Assembly: GCA_903920215.1 (NCBI GenBank)
Contig: CAIXLG010000081.1
Coordinates: 1,714 to 65,713, forward strand
Origin: an uncultured Chlorobiaceae bacterium
GTDB lineage: Bacteria > Bacteroidota > Chlorobiia > Chlorobiales > Chlorobiaceae
Length of the DNA: 64,000 nt
Reading direction: 5' to 3'
Below the pieces are notes generated by a model. The model did no database searches. It saw only the letters and a program-made list of their open reading frames with translations, and was not told where the DNA came from. This document shows, piece by piece, positions 41,716-52,714 of the stretch; within the stretch, counting starts at the first letter, position 1, and each line of letters begins with the position of its first letter. The position numbers were made by a program, and so were the translations under genes.

Positions 41716-42093
41716 TCAGGCACGGCTGACAGAGTAATCGGCCTCAGCATAATCACAGATACCATCAACAGGAGGGTTGCGCTTGCGAACCTTGATGCTG
41801 ACTTTATCAAGAACAGGAAAGTCGTCGAGAAGTCCGTGTGCAATTTTATAGGCGACAGACTCAATAAGAAAGTATCTTTTATGCGTCAGTGCGTCCCGGA
41901 TTTTCCGGTATACCGCACCGTAATCGACGGTTTTCGATATGTCATCGTTTTGTGCGGCATCAGTGAAGTCGAATAGGAGTTCAGCATCCACTTCATATTT
42001 CGCTCCAACAGTGTGCTCTTCCTTGAGTACCCCATGATGGGCATAAAAAACGATATTTGTTAACCGGACGCATGAAACGGTGTGCTGTGCCAT
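41716..42093 (-). CDS. folB: Dihydroneopterin aldolase
   Basis: 'FYAHHGVLKEE', 'TVDYG' and 'LIESVA'. Confidence 0.95.
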   Translation of the reverse strand: MAQHTVSCVRLTNIVFYAHHGVLKEEHTVGAKYEVDAELLFDFTDAAQNDDISKTVDYGAVYRKIRDALTHKRYFLIESVAYKIAHGLLDDFPVLDKVSIKVRKRNPPVDGICDYAEADYSVSRA

Positions 42094-42328
42094 AGTACCT
42101 TCAATGAATAAGTTCGCTTAAAGGTAACATTGTTAATCGGAAAAGTCTGCAATCAAAACTTTAAAAAATAAGGCACTTTCTAAAAAGCGTTGTGTGAGGT
42201 TTATTTATCTCTCCAAAGAAAGGGAACTATCGCAAACCAGGAGAAAAAACATGAAGTGGAGATAGAAAAAGGAGCAGGAAGTTGGTTATCGGTTCAATTT
42301 GTATCCCCATATCAAATCGTTAATACAT

Positions 42329-42667
42329 TCAGGGCTTTGTTTTTTTGCTGTCGAATTTATTGCCAATAACCTCACATTTTGGTACGCAATACCACAAAAG
42401 CATATCAGAGCTGCCATCATTCAGAACTTTAAAACTCCCCGCTTCAAAAACAACCGTAACGATGTAATCTTCCCACTGTAGGAGATCTCCTTCATATATT
42501 TCGTGGCCATCCTTGTCATGGAGCCCGCTGAACTGAAGCCATTCAGAATGTTGCTTGAAAGCTAGAAAATCAACATCCAGCCTGTTGACTGTGGAGAATT
42601 TCCAACTTTTCTGGCGTGACGCAATGTGCTGAAACAATGCTTTGAATTTGATCTTGTTGATATCCAT
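42329..42667 (-). CDS. YopX-family protein (phage-associated)
   Basis: 'IKFKA', 'LQFSGLHDKDGHEIYEGDLL' and 'EVIGNKFD' match the YopX pattern. ATG at 42667 preferred. Confidence 0.8.
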   Translation of the reverse strand: MDINKIKFKALFQHIASRQKSWKFSTVNRLDVDFLAFKQHSEWLQFSGLHDKDGHEIYEGDLLQWEDYIVTVVFEAGSFKVLNDGSSDMLLWYCVPKCEVIGNKFDSKKTKP

Positions 42668-42879
42668 TTCAGTCCATATCCAACCAGGAAACAGGGCAGG
42701 GTTTCGAGGGAATTTCAAAATCCGGTATCTGCCCATACCGCATGAACAACAATATAATAATTCTGTATCTCGTTATACAATGAGGGATAAAATCATTTTT
42801 TAATTGGTGCTCAATGGGTCTTGCTTATGAAAGTTTAATGATCAAATCTTTTTAGCAGGCAATAATTTCACTACCTTCA

Positions 42880-43800
42880 ATGCGAAAAGAGATTCTTCTT
42901 AATGTATCAAAAGCGGCAATTATGAATAACAAAGCTCGTAACGATTTTTACGAGGGATGCCGTGCAAGGGCTATTATGCTGGCGCTTGAGGAGGATCGCT
43001 ATACAGGCGATATTACGACGCTGGCGACTATCGAGCCTTTTCAGGAAGGCCGTGCAGTGATCAAGGCAAAGGAGGACGGAGTTATTGGTGGAGTAGACGT
43101 TGCCGTGCAGGTTTTTGCAGCCTGCGATCCCGATCTTTCTGTTGTGCTGCATTGCAGTGATGGCGAAGCAGTATCCTGCGGTGACATGATTCTCGAGGTT
43201 AAAGGAAAGCTTGCGCCGATTCTTATTGGCGAACGTACGACGCTTAATTTTATGCAGCGTATGTCGGGAATCGCTACAAGAACAAGGGCCTATGTTGAAC
43301 ATGTGAACCATACAAATGCTAAAATTCTCGATACACGGAAAACCGTCCCCGGTCTTCGTTATTTTGATAAAGAGGCGGTACGGATCGGTGGAGGGGTGAA
43401 CCACCGCTTTGGCCTGTTTGATATGATTCTGATCAAGGACAATCATATTGATGCGTCAGGAGGCATTGCTCAGGCAATGCGTCGGGCACAGAAATACAGG
43501 GAAAAAAAACACCTTGATGTGAAGATCGAAACTGAGGTTCGTTCCATGGACGAATTGAGCAAGGCTCTGGTATGTGTGCCGGATATTATTCTTCTTGACA
43601 ACTTTACCCCTGATCTTATAAGGGAAGCAGTCGTCTATGTCAAGTCGGCATGCAGCAGTGTGCTTCTGGAAGCTTCGGGCAATATCGGCATGCATAATGT
43701 GCGTGAAGTAGCTGAGACCGGTGTCGATTTTATTTCCATAGGAGCATTGACGCATAGCGTCCGGGCTCTTGATCTTTCTATGACGATTGAGCTCATTTAA
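42880..43800 (+). CDS. nadC: Nicotinate-nucleotide diphosphorylase (quinolinate phosphoribosyltransferase)
   Basis: 'ALEED...GDITT', 'DTRKTVPGLR', 'NHRFGL...LIKDNH' and 'IGALTHS'. The start could be 42922. Confidence 0.95.
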   Translation: MRKEILLNVSKAAIMNNKARNDFYEGCRARAIMLALEEDRYTGDITTLATIEPFQEGRAVIKAKEDGVIGGVDVAVQVFAACDPDLSVVLHCSDGEAVSCGDMILEVKGKLAPILIGERTTLNFMQRMSGIATRTRAYVEHVNHTNAKILDTRKTVPGLRYFDKEAVRIGGGVNHRFGLFDMILIKDNHIDASGGIAQAMRRAQKYREKKHLDVKIETEVRSMDELSKALVCVPDIILLDNFTPDLIREAVVYVKSACSSVLLEASGNIGMHNVREVAETGVDFISIGALTHSVRALDLSMTIELI

Positions 43801-43813
43801 GAGGGGGATGACT

Positions 43814-44176
43814 ATGGAGGTGGGAATAGATATTGTAGACCTGGACCGTATCGAAAGAGTCTATATCAGGTATGGAGTGAAGTTTCTCCAGAGATTTCTT
43901 TCTGAAGAGGAAATCGCAGTTTGCATGCATAAACCACAGGTTATTGCAAGTGTTGCCGGTCGGTTTGCGGCGAAAGAGGCAGTTGTCAAGGCGCTTGGAA
44001 CCGGTTTTTCCGGTGAAGTGCACTGGAAGAGCTTTGAAATACTGAATGATGAACGAGGGCGTCCTTTTGTGCGGCCTGCTGAAACTGGTTCTTTCCCTTC
44101 CGGATGCTCGATTAAAATCTCTATTGCTCATGACCGCCACTCTGCAGTTGCAACAGCACTGATTGACAGCGTATAA
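43814..44176 (+). CDS. acpS: Holo-ACP synthase
   Basis: 'GIDIVD', 'RFAAKEAVVKALGTG' and 'SIAHD'. Confidence 0.93.
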   Translation: MEVGIDIVDLDRIERVYIRYGVKFLQRFLSEEEIAVCMHKPQVIASVAGRFAAKEAVVKALGTGFSGEVHWKSFEILNDERGRPFVRPAETGSFPSGCSIKISIAHDRHSAVATALIDSV

Positions 44177-44216
44177 AAAGAGAGTGACAGGGAGATTCCC
44201 GGGTCGTTTGTTTGAC

Positions 44217-44257
44217 AAAAAAAGGCAGGAGTGATTATCACACTCCTGCCTTTTTTT
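44217..44257. terminator. Bidirectional terminator between acpS and tig
   Basis: A7-ggcaggagtg-attatca-cactcctgcc-T7. Confidence 0.9.
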
Positions 44258-44271
44258 AAGATGCAGTGATA

Positions 44272-45558
44272 TCAGGCGTTGTGAGCTGGAATAGGTGTCT
44301 CTTCTTCGGTGATGGTGACCTTGGATTTGATGATATCGTAGATTTTGTCTTTAAGAATCGTATCAGTGATATAATCCCTGAACTCTGAAGACATATAGGT
44401 GCTCAAAAGATCTTCTGCATTAGCCACACCGCCATTTTTACCGGCTTCTTTTTCTGCATAAGCCTTGATGTCGTCATCCGATACTTCAAGATTGTCAAGT
44501 TCAGCTATTTTCTGGCTGATAAGAAGCCACTGGGCATGTCGTATGGCATTAGGTTTCATCGAGAGGCGGAACTGCTCTTCGTCAAAGCCTTTCGGGAATC
44601 GTCCACCCATCTGGCGTTTGGCATTTTCAACAAGCATTTTCGAAAACGATGCCACCATTGATTCCGGAGTAGGTATCGGGTTTTCATCAATCATTTTCGC
44701 CGAAATGGCTTCAAGCAAATCCTCATCAGATTTTAATAAAAAGTGCTGTTCAATCTGGATGTGCACATCCGCAGTGAAGTCTGCAACTGTTTCAAATTTC
44801 TGACCAGTTAACTCTTTGACCAGATCGTCAGTCAGTTCCGGCAGTTCAAGTCGTTTAATCTCGCTGATGTTAACGCGATACTTGGACGGCTCAGCCGCGG
44901 AATCTTTCTGATCGTTTTCAATAGCAACACTCTCACCGGCTTTTTTCCCTGTAAGCGCTTTACGGAAAGGATTCTCTTCGGGCAGGTACTCAAGGGTGAA
45001 ATGATGGTTCTCAGTTTTTTCAGCCTCTATTGGTTCTCCGGCTTCATCGAGCTTGTATACATCTCCGATCACGGTGTCGGTTGATAATGCAGCTTCATCG
45101 ATGCTGACCAAGGTGCCATGACCTTTAAGAATCAGATTGATCTCACTTGCAACATCCTTATCAGTGACTGTATATTTAGCCTTTGTGAAAGAGTATTCAC
45201 TGAAATCTTTCAGATCAAATTCAGGATGAATCTCATAAGAGAGCTGAATGGTAAGCTGTTCAGGTTCAAACGTGAAATTGATTATCTGTGCGCGACTTGC
45301 CGGTTTTATTTTTTCAGCTTCAGCAATTTCCCCGAAATATTTTGACGCCAGTTTTTCGGCAATTGTCGCCTCTATAGATGGTCCGGCCAATTTTTTTATC
45401 AAGCCTGCTGGAGCATGTCCTTTTCTGAATCCCTTGATCTGTATGCTTCTCTTGGCCTCTTCAAGTTCCTGATTATATTCGGTACCGAACTCTTCCGCTG
45501 AAAGAATAATTTCCAGTTCCTGTTCGGTTTCGTTGACGTTCTTGATATTCTTTTGCAA
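44272..45558 (-). CDS. tig: Trigger factor
   Basis: Ribosome-binding signature '[10 protein letters not shown]', with typical length and domain layout. Confidence 0.92.
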   Translation of the reverse strand: MQKNIKNVNETEQELEIILSAEEFGTEYNQELEEAKRSIQIKGFRKGHAPAGLIKKLAGPSIEATIAEKLASKYFGEIAEAEKIKPASRAQIINFTFEPEQLTIQLSYEIHPEFDLKDFSEYSFTKAKYTVTDKDVASEINLILKGHGTLVSIDEAALSTDTVIGDVYKLDEAGEPIEAEKTENHHFTLEYLPEENPFRKALTGKKAGESVAIENDQKDSAAEPSKYRVNISEIKRLELPELTDDLVKELTGQKFETVADFTADVHIQIEQHFLLKSDEDLLEAISAKMIDENPIPTPESMVASFSKMLVENAKRQMGGRFPKGFDEEQFRLSMKPNAIRHAQWLLISQKIAELDNLEVSDDDIKAYAEKEAGKNGGVANAEDLLSTYMSSEFRDYITDTILKDKIYDIIKSKVTITEEETPIPAHNA

Positions 45559-45655
45559 GGCTCTCTCTGGTTAATTAGTGAGTATGAAAAATTAAAAGTT
45601 AAGAAGATACGAATTAATCCTCTGTTTTAAAACAGACCTTCTCTTGCATTGTGGG

Positions 45656-46936
45656 TTACCGTTTTGGTTTATAGATCAGAGTAGAATATGGAGCATCATG
45701 GAGCAGCCGCTTCGCTGCTTCAGCGATATCCTCAGTCGTGACTGACTCGATTCCGGCTGTTTTTTCTTTCGGCTCGACATATCTGCCGAAATAGGATATA
45801 TCGGATGCCATCTGTGACATTCTGCGTGTCATTTTTTCCATGCCCATGATATGCGATCCGAGCAGTTTGGTTTTTGCAGCCTGAAGCTCTTCCGGGTCTG
45901 GATTTTTCAGCGCGTCACTCTGCAGTAACTCCTTGATAAGCTCCATGGTAACCTTCGTTTTATTGCTGTCGGTGCCGGCATAAATGTTCATCGTGGTCAG
46001 ATCATCATAAAAAGTGAGCGATGAATAGACGTTGTAAGCGAGCCCCCTCTTTTCACGAAGTTCCAAATTGAGCAGGGAGCTCATGCCATTGCCGAGCATT
46101 GAGTTCAGAACCATAAAGCTGTAAAAGAGTGGATCATGCCGGGCGATGGCGGTACCAAGGACGATTTGTGCCTGGCAGACCCTTTTTTTCAGCGTCAGGG
46201 CAAAAGGGGTGTAATGCTCTGACCGAAACGGCTGGCGAATGTACTGGTCGCCCGATGGTTCTCTGAGTTTACCCAGAAATCGTTCAGCAAGCCGCATGAT
46301 CTCATCGTGATCAACTTTTCCTGTAGCCGTGAGTAGCATTTTATGCGGCACATAGTGTTGACGCATGAAGTTTTTCAAAGTATCACCCGTGATACTTTCC
46401 ACGCTTTCTTCAGTTCCAAGGATTGGTTTACCGAGAGTATGGAGGGGAAATGATCGCAGATCAAACTCATCAAAAATAAGTTCCTCAGGAGTATCGTTGA
46501 CACTGCTGATCTCCTCAATGACGACCTCTTTTTCTTTTTCGATCTCTTCGGGTGGGAAAACCGGGTCGCAAACAAGATCCGAAAGAAGGTCAAAAGAGGG
46601 TTCGAGGTGTTCACTGAGACAGCGGAGGTAGATGCAGGTTTGTTCCTTGGTGGTGAAAGCATCGAGGTAGCCGCCGTTTTTTTCGATATTTCTGGCGATG
46701 TCGATGTATGATCGCCGTCCAGTCCCTTTAAAGAGAGCATGTTCTATAAAATGCGCCAATCCCTGGTTCTCTTCAGGGTCATCACGCGAACCGGCATCAA
46801 TCTGAATACCGAGAGTAATGCTTTGAACATAAGGCACAGCATCGGTGAGGATCTTTAATCCGTTGGCCAGTTCACCTTGATGGACCGATTCTTCTGAAGC
46901 TTGAGTCGGAAGATGCCGGAATTTTTCTTTTGACAT
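45656..46936 (-). CDS. M16 family zinc peptidase
   Basis: Inverted zinc motif 'AHFIEH' (HXXEH), 'LDAFTTKE' and 'LREKRGLAY'. Confidence 0.92.
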   Translation of the reverse strand: MSKEKFRHLPTQASEESVHQGELANGLKILTDAVPYVQSITLGIQIDAGSRDDPEENQGLAHFIEHALFKGTGRRSYIDIARNIEKNGGYLDAFTTKEQTCIYLRCLSEHLEPSFDLLSDLVCDPVFPPEEIEKEKEVVIEEISSVNDTPEELIFDEFDLRSFPLHTLGKPILGTEESVESITGDTLKNFMRQHYVPHKMLLTATGKVDHDEIMRLAERFLGKLREPSGDQYIRQPFRSEHYTPFALTLKKRVCQAQIVLGTAIARHDPLFYSFMVLNSMLGNGMSSLLNLELREKRGLAYNVYSSLTFYDDLTTMNIYAGTDSNKTKVTMELIKELLQSDALKNPDPEELQAAKTKLLGSHIMGMEKMTRRMSQMASDISYFGRYVEPKEKTAGIESVTTEDIAEAAKRLLHDAPYSTLIYKPKR

Positions 46937-47148
46937 TACTGAATAATTTTCTAATGCTTATGACAGGAACTTGAATGCAATGTAGTTTTAATTCTTATTT
47001 TTGTAAACAGTGAAGCTTTAACGTCATTTATACGTTACTTTCTTGCGGTGATCGATACATAAGCATATTATACTGAAAGGTTGGAAAAGATGTTTCGGTA
47101 AGTTTTACTGCCTGATAAACCGAAAAAAACGGAAATAGTAAGCCTTTA

Positions 47149-48138
47149 ATGCTCAAATCAACAATTGTTGTAACCGGTGCAACCGGATATATAGGATCCC
47201 AGCTTGTGCTTGCCCTGCTTTCAAAGGTATCCGGAGAGGTCAGGTGCAGAGTGATTGCGAGGAACAGTTCGGACTGTTCTTTTCTTGAGGGTTTGCCTGT
47301 TGATATCGTTCGTGCGGACCTTCATGATTCTCTTGCGCTCATGGAGGCATTCAAGGATGTGGATACGGTGTTTCATTGTGCCGGCCTGATATCCTATACA
47401 AGGCATTTTCGTAATGCGCTCTATGATACAAATGTTCTCGGCACAAGAAATGTTGTCAATGCCGCTATTTTCAACAATGTTCGCAAGCTTGTTCTTACCA
47501 GCTCCATTGCAGCCATCGGTGCTACAGATGACGGTACGCCTGCAAGTGAGTCGACATCTTTTCAGGAGTGGCAGCGCAGGAATGGATATATGGAATCCAA
47601 ACATCTGGCTGAACTTGAGGGATTACGCGGGTTGGCAGAAGGGCTTGATGTCGTGATAGTGAATCCTGGTGTCGTCATTGGTATTGACCGAAAAAATCCT
47701 GCTTCTATCAGTTCATCGAATGAAGTGTTGAGCCTTATCTATCGGGGAAAGCTGCCGTTTTTCCCTTCTGGAAGTACTGGCTTTGTTGATGTCCGTGATG
47801 TGGTCGATGCTCATATTGCAGCATGGGAAAAGGGCCGTTCAGGAGAGCGCTATGTTGTCGTTGGTCATAACCTGTCGTTCCGTGAGCTTTTCGCTTGTAT
47901 CGGCACTCTTGCCGGCAGTAGTTCACAGCACGCATACATGGTGCCGCATCTCATGGGGTTGATTGCCGGGGTTGGAGGTGAACTTTGGTCAGTGCTCTCA
48001 AATAGTCCTTCGTTTATCAGTCTCGAAAGCATACGTATTGCATCAAGGCAGCTTGCATATAGTAATACCAGGTCAGTGCAGGAATTGAGCTTGAATTATC
48101 GGGATCTGCCTGACACCCTTAAGACCATTATAACCTGA
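47149..48138 (+). CDS. NAD-dependent epimerase/dehydratase (dihydroflavonol reductase/HpnA-like)
   Basis: 'TGATGYIG', 'FHCAG' and 'YMESK'. Confidence 0.88.
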   Translation: MLKSTIVVTGATGYIGSQLVLALLSKVSGEVRCRVIARNSSDCSFLEGLPVDIVRADLHDSLALMEAFKDVDTVFHCAGLISYTRHFRNALYDTNVLGTRNVVNAAIFNNVRKLVLTSSIAAIGATDDGTPASESTSFQEWQRRNGYMESKHLAELEGLRGLAEGLDVVIVNPGVVIGIDRKNPASISSSNEVLSLIYRGKLPFFPSGSTGFVDVRDVVDAHIAAWEKGRSGERYVVVGHNLSFRELFACIGTLAGSSSQHAYMVPHLMGLIAGVGGELWSVLSNSPSFISLESIRIASRQLAYSNTRSVQELSLNYRDLPDTLKTIIT

Positions 48139-48176
48139 AGTATCTCTCTTTATCCAATTTTATCACTTTTGTTCCT

Positions 48177-49223
48177 ATGGATACTCAAAAAAATGACCAG
48201 AAGGCAGTTGCTGTTGATCCGGCAAAACTTAAACAACTGAATCTGGCCGTCGAAGCTCTTGAAAAACAGTTCGGCAAGGGAGCTATCATGCGCCTGGGCG
48301 ACGATTCGGCGGTAATGAAGGTGCAGTCAATTTCAACCGGATCAATGACGCTTGATTTTGCCCTCGGAGTCGGCGGGCTTCCTCGCGGTCGAGTCGCCGA
48401 AATATATGGTCCCGAATCATCGGGGAAAACAACCCTTGCCCTGCATGTTATTGCTGAAGCCCAGAAAGAGGGAGGTATTGCGGCTATCGTTGATGCCGAA
48501 CATGCCTTTGATCCTTCCTACGCCCGAAAGCTTGGCGTTGATATCAACGCACTGCTTATCAGTCAGCCGGAATCCGGAGAACAGGCGCTTTCGATTGTTG
48601 AAACGCTTGTCAGGAGTGGAGCTATTGATGTTGTTGTCGTCGATTCTGTAGCTGCTCTTGTGCCTCAGGCTGAACTTGAAGGTGAAATGGGTGACAGTGT
48701 TATGGGTCTGCAGGCCCGGCTGATGAGCCAGGCCCTGCGCAAGCTTACCGGTGCTATTTCAAAATCGAGCTGCGTCTGTATTTTTATCAATCAGCTTCGC
48801 GATAAAATCGGGATCAGTTACGGCAGCCCTGAAACGACGACCGGCGGCAAGGCCCTTAAATTTTATGCCTCTGTGCGCCTCGATATTCGTAAAATTGCCC
48901 AGATCAAGGATGGAGAGGAGAGTACCGGGAACCGTACCAGGGTGAAGGTTGTTAAAAACAAGGTTGCTCCTCCGTTCAAGACAGCAGAGTTTGATATCCT
49001 CTACGGAGAAGGAATATCGGCTATTGGAGAACTGATTGATCTTGGTGTTGAATTTGGTGTTGTGAAAAAAGCCGGTTCATGGTTCAGTTATGGCCAGGAA
49101 AAGCTTGGTCAGGGCCGTGAAACAGTCAAAAAGGCTTTGCGTGAAGATCCATCCCTCCATGCCAAAATTCATGCGGAGGTGAAGGCATTGATGACGGGAC
49201 CTTTGGAGATCATTAACGGATAG
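48177..49223 (+). CDS. recA: Recombinase A
   Basis: '[12 protein letters not shown]', '[10 protein letters not shown]' and '[12 protein letters not shown]'. Confidence 0.99.
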   Translation: MDTQKNDQKAVAVDPAKLKQLNLAVEALEKQFGKGAIMRLGDDSAVMKVQSISTGSMTLDFALGVGGLPRGRVAEIYGPESSGKTTLALHVIAEAQKEGGIAAIVDAEHAFDPSYARKLGVDINALLISQPESGEQALSIVETLVRSGAIDVVVVDSVAALVPQAELEGEMGDSVMGLQARLMSQALRKLTGAISKSSCVCIFINQLRDKIGISYGSPETTTGGKALKFYASVRLDIRKIAQIKDGEESTGNRTRVKVVKNKVAPPFKTAEFDILYGEGISAIGELIDLGVEFGVVKKAGSWFSYGQEKLGQGRETVKKALREDPSLHAKIHAEVKALMTGPLEIING

Positions 49224-49225
49224 GT

Positions 49226-50269
49226 ATGAAAATCGGAACCATTGATATTGATCGTCCTGTTATGCTTGCACCGATGGAAGATGTGACTGACAGGGCATTC
49301 AGGCAACTCTGCAAGCGCCATGGGGCTGATATCGTCTATACAGAGTTTATCAGTGCTGAAGCCCTGCGCAGGGGTGTTGAAAAGTCTGTGCGCAAGCTGA
49401 CGGCAGATGCTGTCGAAAGGCCTCTGGCCATACAGATTTTTGGCAGCAGCGTCGAGTCAATGATTGAGGCGGCTGTAATTGCCGAAGAGTATAGTCCTGA
49501 TTATCTCGATATTAATTTCGGGTGCCCGACCAAGAAAGTTGCCGGTAAGGGTGCCGGTGCAGCATTGCTCCGCGAACCGGAAAAAATGACACAGATTGCT
49601 GAAGCGGTCGTTCGGGCGGTAAGCATTCCTGTGACTGCCAAAACAAGAATTGGCTGGGACCGCGAGTCCATTAACATTATAGATGTTCTCCATCGCCTTG
49701 AGGATGTCGGCATTCAGGCTCTTGCAGTGCATGGTCGTACCAGAAGCGAAATGTATAAGGGCAAGGCAGACTGGAACTGGATTCGTGAAGTTAAAGAGCA
49801 TGCCCGCATACCGATAATTGCGAACGGCGATATATGGACGCCCGAAGATGCTGTTGCCATGTTTGCAGAGACAGGGGCGGATGGCATAATGATTGGCAGG
49901 GGTTCGATCGGAAATCCGTTTATCTTTGAGCGGGCAAAACAATTGGTTAAAACCGGCATCCCCATGCCTTCGCCTGATTTTCGGGAAAGGATAGATGCAG
50001 CAATCGAGCATTTGAAACTTTCAGTACAGTTCAAGGGCGAAAAGTATGGAGTGCTCGAAATGCGTCGTCATTATGCCACCTACCTGAAAGCTCTTCCACT
50101 GGTGTCGCGGGTACGCAATAAACTTGTTCGCGAAGATGGATGGGAGGCTGTTATCGATATTCTTCTCCAGTACGGCAAGGAGTGCGAAGGATATGCAAGG
50201 GAGGGAACAATCCATGACAATACAGAATCACTTAATGACCATTCAAATAGACTTGAATTAAATTACTAA
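49226..50269 (+). CDS. dusB: tRNA-dihydrouridine synthase B
   Basis: 'LAPME', 'DINFGCP', 'VHGRT' and 'ANGDI'. Confidence 0.92.
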   Translation: MKIGTIDIDRPVMLAPMEDVTDRAFRQLCKRHGADIVYTEFISAEALRRGVEKSVRKLTADAVERPLAIQIFGSSVESMIEAAVIAEEYSPDYLDINFGCPTKKVAGKGAGAALLREPEKMTQIAEAVVRAVSIPVTAKTRIGWDRESINIIDVLHRLEDVGIQALAVHGRTRSEMYKGKADWNWIREVKEHARIPIIANGDIWTPEDAVAMFAETGADGIMIGRGSIGNPFIFERAKQLVKTGIPMPSPDFRERIDAAIEHLKLSVQFKGEKYGVLEMRRHYATYLKALPLVSRVRNKLVREDGWEAVIDILLQYGKECEGYAREGTIHDNTESLNDHSNRLELNY

Positions 50270-50290
50270 GCAATAAATATAAAATAGTTT

Positions 50291-51313
50291 ATGAGTAACT
50301 CGGATGTTGGCTGTCGAGTAGCGGTGTTTGGTGCAACCGGTCTTGTCGGACGCACAATGCTCAAGGTTCTCGAAGAGAGAAATTTTCCTGTAAGCGACAT
50401 CGTTCCGCTTGCTTCACCCCGAAGTGCCGGTCAGATTGTGCAGTTCAAGGGGCGGGAGTTTATTATTCAGGTGCCTTCCAAAGAGGCCTTTAAAGGCGTC
50501 GATATAGCTCTTTTTTCGGCAGGAGCTGCTGCCAGTAAAGAGTGGGCTGCAATTGCCGCAGCAGAAGGTGCTGTCGTCATCGACAATTCGTCTGCATTTC
50601 GAATGGATCCTGATGTTCCTCTTGTTGTGCCGGAGGTTAATCCTGGAGATATTTTCAAGCGAGACGGCACCCCTGAACATATTATTGCCAATCCCAACTG
50701 TTCAACCATTCAGATGGTTGTGGTTCTCAAGCCTCTTCACGACCAGTTTGGCGTCAAGAGGGTTGTGGTATCGACCTATCAGTCTGTTACAGGAAAAGGG
50801 AAGGTTGGACGCGATGCCCTTGAAAGCGAGCTTGCCGGTGAGAAGCAGGATGAATTTACCCATTTTCATCAGATAGCATTCAACGCCGTCCCGCAGATTG
50901 ACGTTTTCACGGAGAACGGCTATACCAAGGAAGAGATGAAGATGGTGAATGAAACCAGAAAAATCATGGGCGATAACTCCATGAGTATTTCTCCTACAAC
51001 GGTACGCATTCCGGTCTATGGCGGACACGGCGAGTCCCTCAATATAGAACTTGAGCGCGAATTTGATATCGATGCAGTGCGTGAGCTTCTCAGTCGTTCA
51101 CCGGGGATTATTCTTCAGGATGATCCTTCGGCGCGCATTTATCCCATGCCATTGACTTCGTATGAACGTGACGAGGTTTTCGTAGGAAGGATTCGACGTG
51201 ATTATTGGCACCCGCAGACTTTGAACATGTGGATTGTTGCCGACAACCTGAGAAAAGGAGCGGCAACCAATGCCGTTCAGATTGCCGAGGTTGTCAATGC
51301 TAAAAGGTTGTAG
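50291..51313 (+). CDS. asd: Aspartate-semialdehyde dehydrogenase
   Basis: 'GATGLVG', 'IANPNCSTIQ' and 'DNLRKGAATNAVQ'. Confidence 0.97.
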   Translation: MSNSDVGCRVAVFGATGLVGRTMLKVLEERNFPVSDIVPLASPRSAGQIVQFKGREFIIQVPSKEAFKGVDIALFSAGAAASKEWAAIAAAEGAVVIDNSSAFRMDPDVPLVVPEVNPGDIFKRDGTPEHIIANPNCSTIQMVVVLKPLHDQFGVKRVVVSTYQSVTGKGKVGRDALESELAGEKQDEFTHFHQIAFNAVPQIDVFTENGYTKEEMKMVNETRKIMGDNSMSISPTTVRIPVYGGHGESLNIELEREFDIDAVRELLSRSPGIILQDDPSARIYPMPLTSYERDEVFVGRIRRDYWHPQTLNMWIVADNLRKGAATNAVQIAEVVNAKRL

Positions 51314-52178
51314 TTTCTTTTTGTTCAGCAAGAGCCATCAGAGCTGTACTGATGGCTTTTACTGCAGAAGCGGAACAGGCGGAAAAACGTTGTGGGTTGC
51401 TGATCGATATGGATGGCGGGATGCTGAGCGGTTTCAGCGCAATTGATGTCTCTTTGCCGATCAGTGCCGTCGTAATCCTGTCAGCCATTGTGCCGGTAAG
51501 CTGCACGCCGGTTTCACGGCAGACCGGGTTCTCGACAAGTTCTTTTATGGTGAAGTACTCTCTCTCCTCTTTATTTTTTACCTGATGGAACGAAAATTTT
51601 TCAATTTTTCCATTTCTTGAAATCGTCAGGAGTACATAGTTTGTTTCCAGTTCAAGGATGACCTGCGGCTCTCCGGCGAGCTTCGACAGATGAAACAGCG
51701 GTAGTTGCGGCGAGCCATTGAACACAATCTGATGATAGCCTCCAAAGTGTTCAGAAACTCTTTTACAGTGTTCGTCAGGATAGAAAAGCAGGAGGTGTTT
51801 TTTATGAGACCCGTCGCTTACAGTATCGCTGTAACCGGTATGGTCGCATCTGTAATGTTCAGGATTGGCTAAAAAGTAACCGGCTTCAATTCTACAGTAC
51901 TCTTCATATTCATCCGGGCTTGTATCTATAGGAAAGTATGCCGGCAGGGGCAGGTATTTTCCCGGTTCCACACAGAGCGCAAGGTCTTCTATCCCCCACT
52001 CATGAAGGTGACGTTCAATTTTTTTCAGGATGCGCTTTCCTTTGCCTGCAGCAAGGTCGACCAGACCGAATGGAAGGGTTGTACATCCGCTCAGGATATA
52101 TCCGCCTCCAGACGTTTTAAGCCGTACAACACTGCATTCTGTAGTGCTGATGGAGCATGCTATCTGGCTTCTGCTCAT
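51300..52178 (-). CDS. Hypothetical protein (possible divergent PilM/GspL-like fold)
   Basis: 292-aa ORF coupled to the ComEA-like gene by a 1-nt overlap. Its 3' end overlaps the asd 3' end convergently by 14 nt. Confidence 0.7.
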   Translation of the reverse strand: MSRSQIACSISTTECSVVRLKTSGGGYILSGCTTLPFGLVDLAAGKGKRILKKIERHLHEWGIEDLALCVEPGKYLPLPAYFPIDTSPDEYEEYCRIEAGYFLANPEHYRCDHTGYSDTVSDGSHKKHLLLFYPDEHCKRVSEHFGGYHQIVFNGSPQLPLFHLSKLAGEPQVILELETNYVLLTISRNGKIEKFSFHQVKNKEEREYFTIKELVENPVCRETGVQLTGTMADRITTALIGKETSIALKPLSIPPSISISNPQRFSACSASAVKAISTALMALAEQKETTTF

Positions 52179-52702
52179 TACTCCAGGGTGAAATATTGTT
52201 TCAGGACTTCCAGCTTTTTGCTGCTTATTCCTTTGACTTCAAGAAAGTCCTCAAATTGCTTCACTTTACCGCCTTTTTCTGATCTGAAGGTAATAAGGCG
52301 TCCAGCCATAACCGGGCCTATTCCTGGAATTTTCTGTAACTGAAGAGTGCTTGCTTTATTGAAAGATAGTGTTCCGGTAAATACTTTTTTCCCTTTTGAG
52401 AGGTGTTTCGGTTTTTTTTCAACGACTTCATCCTTTTCTTCCGCAGCAACCTCCCGCGACACATCATCATTGACTTTTGCCTGTTCCACTGTAGCAAGGC
52501 TGATAAGGCTGTCGACTTCTGCATCACTGTAGCGGGCAGCTTCAGCCTTTTTTATAAGGAGGTCTGCGTTTTCAACCGAATGTATTTGTTTCATAATAAC
52601 CCCAAGCATCAGAAATCCCAGAAGCATGGAGACCAAATAGATTTCAGTTTTGGTGAGGCTTATTTTTGTGGCAAGTTTTTCAATGAGATTCATAACAGTC
52701 AA
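52178..52702 (-). CDS. ComEA-like helix-hairpin-helix DNA-binding protein
   Basis: N-terminal TM, 'FNKASTLQLQKIPGIGPVMA' and 'FLEVKGIS'. Confidence 0.85.
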   Translation of the reverse strand: MTVMNLIEKLATKISLTKTEIYLVSMLLGFLMLGVIMKQIHSVENADLLIKKAEAARYSDAEVDSLISLATVEQAKVNDDVSREVAAEEKDEVVEKKPKHLSKGKKVFTGTLSFNKASTLQLQKIPGIGPVMAGRLITFRSEKGGKVKQFEDFLEVKGISSKKLEVLKQYFTLE

Positions 52703-52714
52703 GGGTTACGCGTT

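Noticed and set aside
42241-42265. GGAG RBS followed by micro-ORF MKWR*
   Set aside because: Four codons only, with no attenuator structure or downstream co-oriented gene to regulate.
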